Source: Sandaracinaceae bacterium (GTDB lineage: Bacteria; Myxococcota_A; Polyangia; Polyangiales; Sandaracinaceae). From it: 13,326 nucleotides of DNA. Position numbers and translations under genes: made by a program. Shown piece by piece: positions 1 through 7,725 of this stretch (within the stretch, counting starts at the first letter, position 1; every line of letters starts with the position of its first letter). The stretch spans positions 1 through 13,326 of the forward strand of contig JBGAQA010000142.1 of NCBI GenBank assembly GCA_044220955.1, written 5' to 3'. The notes under the pieces are model-generated. The model ran no database searches and had not been told where the DNA came from. It saw nothing but the letters and a program-made list of their open reading frames with translations.

Positions 1-67
1 CCTGCGAGCTCGGCCCGAGGCCGTCTCCGTCGCGGAGCACGTCGGAATTCTGGAGCTCGCCCATCAT
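1..67 (-). CDS. Possible 5' end of the gene downstream of the kinase (partial, product unknown; a cognate response regulator would be expected here)
   Basis: ATG ATG at 67/64 on the minus strand. The frame is open to the window edge (MMGELQNSDVLRDGDGLGPSSQ) with mostly G/C third positions, 43 bp after the kinase stop. Too short to identify. Confidence 0.35.
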   Translation of the reverse strand, partial: MMGELQNSDVLRDGDGLGPSSQ

Positions 68-110
68 CTCGCCGACGTAGCGGACGATCTCGGGGTGGCC
101 TTGGCCTCGC

Positions 111-1589
111 TCACGCCGGGATCGGGACCTCGATCTCGATCGTCGTCCCGCGCCCGACCTCGCTCTCGATGCGCGCCTTGCCGCCGTGGGCCTCGGCGAC
201 GCGCCCGACGAAGGCCAAGCCGAGGCCGGTCCCCGTCGTCTTGGTCGTGTAGAACTCGTCGAACGCGCGCTCGCGCACGCGGGCGTCCATGCCCGCGCCG
301 TCGTCCTTCACCCAGACGCGCAGTGCCGCCCCGGCGCGCGCCGCGCCGATCTCGATGCGCTCCGCCTCGGCCTCGGCCGCGTTTCGCACGAGGTTCTCGA
401 GCGCGCCGGCGAAGAGATCGCGATCCACGGCGGGCGCGCCGACGTCCTGGGCCACGCGCACCTCGATCTGCACGCCCTCCTCGGTCGCGCGCTGCGCCTT
501 GGCGACCTCCTCCGCGAGCGTCGCGATCGAGGTCGGCGCGCGGGCGAGCTCGGCGCGCCCGATGCGCTGGTAGTCGCTCACCACCCGCGCCAGCCGGTCG
601 GACTGCTCGAGGATCAGCTCCACGAAGGCCGCGTGCGCGTCGATCGAGCCGCCGCGCGCCTTCTCCTCGGCGAGGAACTGCGCGGCGCCGCGGATCGCCG
701 CGAGCGGGTTCTTCAGGTCGTGGGCCATCTGTGCCGAGAAGCGCCCGAGCGTCACGAGGTAGCGCGCGCGCGCCCGCGACTCGGACACGGCCGCGAAGAT
801 CGGGCGCAGGGTGGCGGTGGCAGCGACCACGATGGCGAGCACCACCACGATCAAGAGCTCCGAGCTCGGCCCGACCCACGCGACCGCGAGCGCCGTCGCG
901 AGCACGACGAAGGAGCCGACGGCGAGCGCCGTCACGAAGACCAGGCCAGTCACCCGCTCGAGCACGGAGAAGCGGAGCGCCAAGAGCGCGAGCAGCACGC
1001 CCGCGGCGATCAGCCCGAAGGGCGCGACGCGCGGCGTCGACGTACCCGCGATCGAGACGAGGTCGCTCGACACGCCGCCGACGCCCACGACCAGCGCGAG
1101 CACCAGGAGCTGCGTCCGCGCGCGCTCCTCGGCCGTCGCGCGGCGCGCGTGCCGGTAGAGCAGCACGAACACGATCGCGAACTCCGGGAGGATCCCGGCG
1201 AGCATCGCGAGCGCCCAGGGCTCCTTTCCGGGGAAGAACGCCAGGTCGGGCATCCCCACGGCGAGGAAGCAGACGAGCGCGATCGAAGAGAAGTACACCG
1301 CGCCCGCGACGATCAAAGGTCGCAGACGCCGCCACTCGCCGAGGAACTGCACGACCAGCGCGATCGTCGTCGGCGCGACCAGCGCCGCCGCGCCGGCCTC
1401 GAGGTAGCCCATCTCGGGGCGGCCGGTGAGGTGCTTGAGCACCTCGAACGTCTCGTACGCGAACAGCGAGGCGGTCATCCGCGAGAGCGGTGGCGCCAGC
1501 GGTGCGCTGCGTGCGCGCAGGACGGCGAGGACCCCGACCGCGAGGAACACGGCGGCCGACACCGCGCTCAGCCAGGTCTCGGAGGTCAC
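111..1589 (-). CDS. Membrane sensor histidine kinase (multi-TM N-terminal sensor, HisKA, HATPase_c; NtrB-like core)
   Basis: About 7-8 hydrophobic segments in the N-terminal half. H-box QMAHDLKNPLAAIRG, N-box NLVRNAAEA, G1 DDGAG, F-box FYTTK, G2 GTGLGL. GTG start at 1589 is the best candidate but has no clear Shine-Dalgarno. Confidence 0.93.
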   Translation of the reverse strand: MTSETWLSAVSAAVFLAVGVLAVLRARSAPLAPPLSRMTASLFAYETFEVLKHLTGRPEMGYLEAGAAALVAPTTIALVVQFLGEWRRLRPLIVAGAVYFSSIALVCFLAVGMPDLAFFPGKEPWALAMLAGILPEFAIVFVLLYRHARRATAEERARTQLLVLALVVGVGGVSSDLVSIAGTSTPRVAPFGLIAAGVLLALLALRFSVLERVTGLVFVTALAVGSFVVLATALAVAWVGPSSELLIVVVLAIVVAATATLRPIFAAVSESRARARYLVTLGRFSAQMAHDLKNPLAAIRGAAQFLAEEKARGGSIDAHAAFVELILEQSDRLARVVSDYQRIGRAELARAPTSIATLAEEVAKAQRATEEGVQIEVRVAQDVGAPAVDRDLFAGALENLVRNAAEAEAERIEIGAARAGAALRVWVKDDGAGMDARVRERAFDEFYTTKTTGTGLGLAFVGRVAEAHGGKARIESEVGRGTTIEIEVPIPA

Positions 1590-1737
1590 TGCCGGCGATC
1601 ATCGTCGATCGGGCGGACGGGACCAAGACGAGTGAGCGTTCGCACGAGCTGTGCAATCCGTGACGTGAGGCATCGGCCGCCGTCGTTCGGAGGCTGACGG
1701 GAAGCGTCGATCCGCGCGCACCCCGGCCTCGCGCGAT

Positions 1738-1753
1738 CGGTCCACGGCTTGCA
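1738..1753 (+). promoter_or_regulatory. Candidate sigma54 (-24/-12) promoter for the protease operon
   Basis: cGGtccacggcTTGCa: GG at 1739-1740 and GC at 1751-1752 are exactly 10 nt apart. The -12 element TTGCA is perfect and the -24 element is degenerate. It lies about 30 nt upstream of ATG 1785. Confidence 0.35.
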
Positions 1754-1784
1754 CAGCGGCGCGTCGCTCTCGAGCCACCCCATC

Positions 1785-3686
1785 ATGCGCACCTACACGT
1801 ACTCACTCCTCTTCTTGGTCCTCGCCCTCGGCGCCCTCACCGCCTGCGCGAACGTGCCTGCCGGCGTGGAGGCAGCGCCCATCGTCGGTGGCATGCCCGG
1901 GGGCGATCCGGCGGTGGTCTGGGTCTACCGGAACGACGGCGCGCTCTGCAGCGGGACGCTGATCCGCGAGCGCGTGGTCCTGACGGCCAAGCACTGCGTG
2001 CAGCGCTCCGGCGCAGCGGGCCCGAGCCCGGCGTCGGCGTTCGTGGTGGGCATCGGTGACACGGCCGGCGCCGGAGGGACCGTGCTCCGCGTGCAGTCGG
2101 TGTACACCACGCCCGGGGTCTGGACCGAGGGCGGAATCGGCGGTCTCAGCGGCGCGCTCGTCGGGCAGGACGTCGCGGTCCTCGTGCTCGTCTCGGGCGT
2201 CTCGGGCGTCACGCCGATCGACATCCTGCGCACCTCGCCCTCGAGCCTCGCGGGGCAGACCTTCACCGCGACGGGCTTCGGCGAGATCCCCTCGGGCGGG
2301 GCGGGCCGCAAGTACACGGTGCAGGGTCGCGTGACGGGCGTCGACAGCCGGCAGCACCTCATCTACGTCGGCGCGGTGACCTGCCAGGGCGACTCGGGCG
2401 GTCCGATGATCACGCGGGACAACCTCGTCGGCGGTGTCGTCTCGTTCGGGTCCGGCGCGTGCGGCTCCGGGTACGGTGCGTACCAGGCCATCGACGCGTT
2501 CTTGCCCATGATCGACATGGCGATCAGCGAGGCTGGGTCGTGCCTGAACGACGGCCCCGAGGTCTGCGACGGACACGACAACGACTGCAACGGCGAGGTC
2601 GACGAGATCTGCTCGGCCCTCGGCGAGGGCTGCTCCAACGACGCGGACTGCGTCGGCGGCATGTGCCGCGCGACGACCGCGGGCCGCATCTGTACCGCGC
2701 CGTGCGACGCGCGTCGCCCGACGTTCGGCTGTGAGGCCGGCCTCTTCTGCAGCAGCGACGGAGGCTGCGACGGGCTCTGCGTGCCCATCACGGGTGATCA
2801 CTCGCTGCCCGACGACGCCGCCTGCACCTCGTCGTCGCAGTGCGCGTCGTTTCTGTGCGTGGATCCGGGCGACCACCGGCAGCGCTGCCTCTCGCCCTGC
2901 CGGGGCGGCGCGGGCGAGTGTCTCTCGGGCGAGGCCTGCGTGGCGCAGCCCGGCGAGTGCGGCGGCTGTGTCCCGGCGGCGATCCTCAGCGCGGCGCGCC
3001 GCCTCGGCGAGCCCTGCAACGCGGACGCCGAGTGCGCCTCGGGCCGCTGCCTCACGGACGGTGGCCGTCGGTACTGCACCGACGCGTGCAGCGACGACGC
3101 GAGCTGTGGCGAGGGCTACCACTGCCGAGTCGATCACTGCGTCGCCGGCGATCGCGGGCAGTCGGGCGACACGTGCGTGTTCGATCCCACGGGGACCTAC
3201 GACGACTGCAACGTGAGCCGCGGTCTGTTCTGCGCGCGCCTCGGCCGCGAGGACTGGTGCTCGGAGCTCTGCGGGCCCTCGACGTCCGACGACCACCAGT
3301 GCGCCGACGGCTTCGACTGCTTCGACGCGGGCGCTGTCCACGTCTGCGCGCCCGTCCACGAGCTGATCGGCCAGCCCTGCACCGCGGACGCCGACTGCAT
3401 CTCGCAGCTCTGCGTGGCGAGCCCGCGGGACGGCGCGCGGGTGTGCTCGCGCCTCTGCGGCGTGGACTCGGCCTGCTCGACGGGGTTCGAGTGCGTCCGG
3501 AGCGCCGACGGGGCCGCCGCCTACTGCCTGGCGTCTCCGCCTCCGCCCGCGTCCGGAGGCGGGTGCAGCGTCGCGCGTGCGCGCGGACTGGGTGCAGGGT
3601 CGCTCGGCCTGCTAGTGTTCTCGTGCTCGATCTTCGTTCGTCGTTCGCGCGCCCGGCGCGCTGCCGCCCGGGCGGCTCGGAGGTAG
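1785..3686 (+). CDS. S1 (chymotrypsin/trypsin-fold) serine protease lipoprotein with Cys-rich stalk and MYXO-CTERM-type tail, paralog 1 (633 aa)
   Basis: ATG 1785 opens a signal peptide with lipobox LTAC. Motifs: AAP-IVGG, TAKHC (His), QDVAVL (Asp), CQGDSGGP (Ser), EVCDGHDNDCNGEVDE and many CxxDxxCxSxxC modules. Tail is GGGCSV, a hydrophobic stretch, then an Arg cluster. Confidence 0.92.
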   Translation: MRTYTYSLLFLVLALGALTACANVPAGVEAAPIVGGMPGGDPAVVWVYRNDGALCSGTLIRERVVLTAKHCVQRSGAAGPSPASAFVVGIGDTAGAGGTVLRVQSVYTTPGVWTEGGIGGLSGALVGQDVAVLVLVSGVSGVTPIDILRTSPSSLAGQTFTATGFGEIPSGGAGRKYTVQGRVTGVDSRQHLIYVGAVTCQGDSGGPMITRDNLVGGVVSFGSGACGSGYGAYQAIDAFLPMIDMAISEAGSCLNDGPEVCDGHDNDCNGEVDEICSALGEGCSNDADCVGGMCRATTAGRICTAPCDARRPTFGCEAGLFCSSDGGCDGLCVPITGDHSLPDDAACTSSSQCASFLCVDPGDHRQRCLSPCRGGAGECLSGEACVAQPGECGGCVPAAILSAARRLGEPCNADAECASGRCLTDGGRRYCTDACSDDASCGEGYHCRVDHCVAGDRGQSGDTCVFDPTGTYDDCNVSRGLFCARLGREDWCSELCGPSTSDDHQCADGFDCFDAGAVHVCAPVHELIGQPCTADADCISQLCVASPRDGARVCSRLCGVDSACSTGFECVRSADGAAAYCLASPPPPASGGGCSVARARGLGAGSLGLLVFSCSIFVRRSRARRAAARAARR

Positions 3687-3691
3687 TTTCG

Positions 3692-5533
3692 ATGAGCCGT
3701 CGCTCGCTCGGCAGCCCTCTCAGGCTCGTCTCCCTGCTCGCAATCCTCGCCGCGGGGACCGCCGCCTCCGGCTGCCAGGCGGCGGGCGTCACGGCGACGG
3801 AAGAGAACATCGTCGGCGGCTCCCCGGACAGCGGCGATCCCGCCGTGTACCTCCTCTACAACATCGCGATGGGGTACTCGTGCACGGCCGAGCTCATCTC
3901 GCCCCACGTGGTGCTGACGGCGCGACACTGCGTCGTGGACATGCGGACCGACGCGCCTGCCGCGCCGAGCGGCTTCCGCCTCTTCGTCGGACGCAGCTTC
4001 GGCGGCTCGGCCTACCGCGTGAGCGCGGTGCGGATCATCCCCGGCAGCACGGGCAACATCAGCTCGGGCGCGGCCGAGGATCTCGGCCTGCTGATCCTGA
4101 CGACCGCCGCCAACGAGACGCCCTACGCGATCAGCCGCGAGCGTCCCTCGATGCTCGCCGGCCAGACGATCACCGCCATCGGCTTCGGTCAGACTCCGTC
4201 GGGCGGCGGGGGTCAGAAGTACCGCACCACCGGCCACGTGGACCAGGTGCAGTTCGACACCATCTTCGTGAACCCGACCGTCTGCGAGGGCGACTCGGGC
4301 GGTCCGTGCATCGGGCCGGACGGCTCGGTCTGGGGCGTGGCCTCCTTCATCTTCAGCCCGGACGGCATGAGCGCGCCGGAGTGCGGCACCGCGCCCGGCG
4401 CGTACAACGGCCTCTACGGGCACCTCGGCTGGATCGACTCCGTGCTCGAAGAGGCGGGAGACATCTGCCTCGCGCACCCCGAGGTCTGCGACGGCGTCGA
4501 CAACGACTGCAACGGCGTGGCGGACGAGGGCTGCCTCTCGGTCGGTGAGGCCTGCACGGACGCGTCGCGCTGCACGAGCGGTCACTGCGAGGCGACGTCG
4601 GCCGGGATGATCTGCACGACGGTCTGTGATCCCACGCGGCCGCTCGTCGGCTGTGACACCGGCTACCACTGCGTCGACAGCGGTGCCTGCAGCGGCTTCT
4701 GCGTCCCGGGCGCCCCCGGCACGCTCGGTGTCGGCGCGGGCTGCACCGACGACGCCGAGTGCGCGAGCGGCGCCTGCGTCGACCCGGGTGACGGGCGTCA
4801 GCGCTGCCTCGCGCCCTGCTTCGGCGACGCAGGGCAGTGCGCTTCGGGCGAGGTCTGCACGGCCTCCGACGGCGGCTGCGGTGCGTGCGTGCCCTCGGCC
4901 CTCTTCGGCAGCCCTCACGGTCTCGGCGAGGAGTGCACCGACGACGCCTCGTGCCGCTCCGGCCGCTGCTACGTGCGCGACGGCGTCAGCGAGTGCGTCA
5001 CCGGCTGCGCGGGCGGCGCGGCCTGTCCGGCCGGGTTCGTCTGCGAGAGCGACCTCTGCCTGCTCGACCGCGGCCAGCTCATCGGAGGCCTCTGCGACGT
5101 CGACGCCGACTGCGCGATCGGCATCTGCGCGCACTCGGGGGCGCGCGGCTGGTGCACGTCGACCGACTGCAGCGGCGCGCCCTGTCCGGAGGGGATGTCC
5201 TGCGTCGACCTCGGGGGCGGCACCTTCGTGTGCGCACCGCAGCGGGCGCTGCCGGGCGAGGGCTGCAACGCGGACACGGACTGCATCTCGGGCGCCTGCA
5301 CGGAGCACCAGTGCTCGACCTCGTGCGTCGAGGCGAACGACTGCGGCCCGGGGATGCGATGCGTGCGGACCGAGGACGGTGCCAGCGCCCGATGCCTGCG
5401 GCCGGCCGCCCCCGGCGGGGGGACGTGCGGGTGTGTCGCGGCGGGGACGGGCTCTCGGCCCGGCGCATCGTGGGCGTCGCTGGCTCTGGCCGTGGCCTTC
5501 TTCGTCGCGCGGCGGCGCCGCGGGGAGCGTTGA
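3692..5533 (+). CDS. S1 serine protease lipoprotein with Cys-rich stalk and MYXO-CTERM-type tail, paralog 2 (613 aa)
   Basis: GGAGG at 3679-3683 precedes ATG 3692, 5 bp after the upstream stop. Lipobox-like ASGC, EEN-IVGG, TARHC, EDLGLL, CEGDSGGP, EVCDGVDNDCNGVADE. Tail GGGTCGCV...SLALAVAFFVARRRR. Confidence 0.92.
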   Translation: MSRRSLGSPLRLVSLLAILAAGTAASGCQAAGVTATEENIVGGSPDSGDPAVYLLYNIAMGYSCTAELISPHVVLTARHCVVDMRTDAPAAPSGFRLFVGRSFGGSAYRVSAVRIIPGSTGNISSGAAEDLGLLILTTAANETPYAISRERPSMLAGQTITAIGFGQTPSGGGGQKYRTTGHVDQVQFDTIFVNPTVCEGDSGGPCIGPDGSVWGVASFIFSPDGMSAPECGTAPGAYNGLYGHLGWIDSVLEEAGDICLAHPEVCDGVDNDCNGVADEGCLSVGEACTDASRCTSGHCEATSAGMICTTVCDPTRPLVGCDTGYHCVDSGACSGFCVPGAPGTLGVGAGCTDDAECASGACVDPGDGRQRCLAPCFGDAGQCASGEVCTASDGGCGACVPSALFGSPHGLGEECTDDASCRSGRCYVRDGVSECVTGCAGGAACPAGFVCESDLCLLDRGQLIGGLCDVDADCAIGICAHSGARGWCTSTDCSGAPCPEGMSCVDLGGGTFVCAPQRALPGEGCNADTDCISGACTEHQCSTSCVEANDCGPGMRCVRTEDGASARCLRPAAPGGGTCGCVAAGTGSRPGASWASLALAVAFFVARRRRGER

Positions 5534-6756
5534 CCGTCATGCGCCGCTTCGCGCCCGCCGTGCTCGCGATCGCCCTGCTGGCCTCGTGCGCTGCCGATCC
5601 GGAGATCGACGCGCTCGCCTCGCCCATCGTCGGCGGTACCGTCGACAGCGGGGATCCCAACGTCTACTACCTCCTGATCCGCGGCTTCGGCAGCTGCACG
5701 GCCGCGCTGATCTCGCCGCACGTCGTCCTCACGGCGCGCCACTGCCTCGTGGACGAGCGGACCGACGCGCTGATCCCGCCCCGGCAGCTCCGCCTCTACG
5801 TGGGCCGCGATCGGAGCAGCTTCTCGCCCACGTACTACACGCCGATGGCGACGCGGATCATCCCGGGCAGCTCGAACGCGATCGGCGTCGGCGCCGAGGA
5901 TCTGGGGCTGATGATCCTGGCGAGCCCACCGAGCGAGACGCCGCTCACCATCAGCCAAGAGGACTACACGCTGATGAACGGCATGTCCTTCACGGCGATC
6001 GGCTACGGCGAGATCCCGTCGGGCAGCGCGGGCCGCAAGTACCGCGCGACGGGCATGGTGACGGGCACCTTCGGCGGCTACCTGATGGTCAACAACGTCA
6101 TCTGCCAGGGCGACTCGGGCGGTCCGATGATCGGTCCCGACGGCAACGTGTGGGGCGTGGTCTCCTACGGACAGGGCACGGCGCCCGGGGTGCCGCCCGA
6201 CTGCGGCACCGCGACCGGCGCGTACAACTCCCTCTACACGCACATGGACTGGATCCTGTCGGTCCTCGAGGAGGCCGGGGACCTCTGCATCTCGCGCCCC
6301 GAGGTCTGTGACGGCGTCGACAACGACTGCAACGGGACGGCCGACGAGGGCTGCCTCGCCGTCGGCGAGGCCTGCACCGACGCGTCGCGCTGCACGAGCG
6401 GCCACTGCGAGGCCACGTCGGCGGGCATGGTCTGCACGACGGAGTGCGACGCCACGCGGCCGGGGCTCGGCTGCGATCTCGGGTTCCACTGCGAGCACTC
6501 CACGGCCTGCACCGGGTGGTGCGTCCCCGGCGAGCCCGGCTCGCTCGGCATCGGTGCGGCGTGCACGCACGACGACGTGTGCGAGAGCGGAAGCTGCGTC
6601 GATCCCGGCGACCACGTGCAGCGCTGCCTCACGCTCTGCTTCGGCGACGCCGGGCAGTGCGCGTCGGGCGAGGTCTGCACCGCCGCGGACGGCGGGTGCG
6701 GCGCGTGCGTGCCGTCGCGCATCTTCGGCTCGCCGCACGGGCTCGGCGAGGAGTGC
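4481..6756 (+). repeat. Coding direct repeats from tandem gene duplication (about 4481-4936 matches about 6301-6756, offset 1820 bp)
   Basis: Near-identical colinear DNA, e.g. gacggcgtcgacaacgactgcaacgg and gacgcgtcgcgctgcacgagcgg in both copies. Many of the differences are synonymous. Confidence 0.85.
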
Positions 6757-7335
6757 GCGACGGACACGGAGTGCCGCTCGGGCCAGTGCTACGTGCGCGC
6801 CGGCGTCGGCGAGTGCGTCACGCCCTGCAGCACGTCCGGACGCTGCGCCGCCGGCTTCGTCTGCGAGCAGATGCGCTGCGTGCTCGACCGCGCACAGCAG
6901 GCGGGCGGCGCGTGCCAGGACATGGGGGACTGCGTCGACGGCGCTTGCGCGTCGTCCGGCGCTCGGAGCTGGTGCACGCCCACGGACTGCGCCGCTTCGA
7001 TGTGCCCGGACGGGTTCGAGTGCACGACGGTCGGCACCGACGACGTGTGCTCGCCGACGCTGGCGCTCCCGGGCGAGTCGTGCGTGGCCGACGCGGACTG
7101 CACGACGGGCCTCTGCTTCACGGGCCAGTGCAGCACCACGTGCACCGAGGCGAACGACTGTGGCGCCGGCCTGCGCTGCGTGCGCGACGCGGACGGCGCG
7201 GCCGCCCACTGCATCACGCCACCGGTCCCGCAGGCTGGCGGCTGCTCTGTGACGAGCGCCCGCTCGTCCGGGTCCCTCGCGGCACCGCTGGCGGCGCTGG
7301 CCTTGTGGGCGCTCGCCGGTCGGCGGCGTCGCTGA
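5539..7335 (+). CDS. S1 serine protease lipoprotein with Cys-rich stalk and MYXO-CTERM-type tail, paralog 3 (598 aa)
   Basis: ATG 5539 lies 5 bp after the upstream stop. Lipobox LASC, ASP-IVGG, TARHC, EDLGLM, CQGDSGGP, EVCDGVDNDCNGTADE. Tail AGGCSV...PLAALALWALAGRRRR. Confidence 0.92.
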   Translation: MRRFAPAVLAIALLASCAADPEIDALASPIVGGTVDSGDPNVYYLLIRGFGSCTAALISPHVVLTARHCLVDERTDALIPPRQLRLYVGRDRSSFSPTYYTPMATRIIPGSSNAIGVGAEDLGLMILASPPSETPLTISQEDYTLMNGMSFTAIGYGEIPSGSAGRKYRATGMVTGTFGGYLMVNNVICQGDSGGPMIGPDGNVWGVVSYGQGTAPGVPPDCGTATGAYNSLYTHMDWILSVLEEAGDLCISRPEVCDGVDNDCNGTADEGCLAVGEACTDASRCTSGHCEATSAGMVCTTECDATRPGLGCDLGFHCEHSTACTGWCVPGEPGSLGIGAACTHDDVCESGSCVDPGDHVQRCLTLCFGDAGQCASGEVCTAADGGCGACVPSRIFGSPHGLGEECATDTECRSGQCYVRAGVGECVTPCSTSGRCAAGFVCEQMRCVLDRAQQAGGACQDMGDCVDGACASSGARSWCTPTDCAASMCPDGFECTTVGTDDVCSPTLALPGESCVADADCTTGLCFTGQCSTTCTEANDCGAGLRCVRDADGAAAHCITPPVPQAGGCSVTSARSSGSLAAPLAALALWALAGRRRR

Positions 7336-7347
7336 GGCCCGCGCCCC

Positions 7348-7725
7348 TCAAGGGATCTTGAGGAGCTCCTTGACCTTCTGGATCACCTGCGGGGCCTGGA
7401 TCGGCTTGGTGATGTAGGCGTTCGCGCCGAGCGCCATCGCCCGCTGACGGTCCTCGGTCGAGCCCTCGGTCGTGATGATGATGATCGGCGTGCTCGCGTG
7501 GTTGGCGTCGGAGCGGATGCGCTTGACGAGCTTCAGCCCGTCCATGATGGGCATGTTGATGTCGCTCATGATGAGGTCGTAGCGGTTGGTCGCGAGCTTG
7601 CGCAGCGCATCCACGCCGTCCTCGGCCTCGGTGACCTGGATGCGCTTGATGCGGGCCAGCGCGAAGACCAGCAGCTGCCGCATCATCGGGGAGTCCTCGA
7701 CGACGAGACAGGAGTACTCAGACAT
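7348..7725 (-). CDS. Single-domain CheY-like response regulator (125 aa)
   Basis: MSEYSCLVVEDS..., phosphoacceptor in SDINMP, IITTEG and YITKP are all intact. GAGGTG Shine-Dalgarno before ATG 7725. The start overlaps the upstream gene's stop (ATGTCTGA). Confidence 0.93.
   Translation of the reverse strand: MSEYSCLVVEDSPMMRQLLVFALARIKRIQVTEAEDGVDALRKLATNRYDLIMSDINMPIMDGLKLVKRIRSDANHASTPIIIITTEGSTEDRQRAMALGANAYITKPIQAPQVIQKVKELLKIP

Noticed and set aside
2840..5538. Long N-terminal extensions of proteases 2 and 3 (track starts 2840 and 4837; also 1749, 7803, 8611 and 8698 for other genes)
   Set aside because: They overlap real genes or regulatory gaps. Signal peptides or domain starts begin at the downstream ATGs (3692, 5539, 1785, 7725, 8743, 8605).
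2559..7140. Recurring DNA words (gacaacgactgcaacgg, gacgcggactgc) as CRISPR or REP repeats
   Set aside because: They are in-frame coding repeats with synonymous variation and irregular spacing, and there are no cas genes.
2540..7215. Cys-rich regions as multiheme cytochrome or Fe-S domains
   Set aside because: I saw no CxxCH motifs. The proteins are exported and the Cys spacing fits disulfide-bonded modules.
1785..7335. TraA-like kin-recognition receptors
   Set aside because: They share a Cys-rich stalk and MYXO-CTERM tail, but the head is an S1 protease rather than a PA14-like domain, and no traB-like OmpA gene follows.
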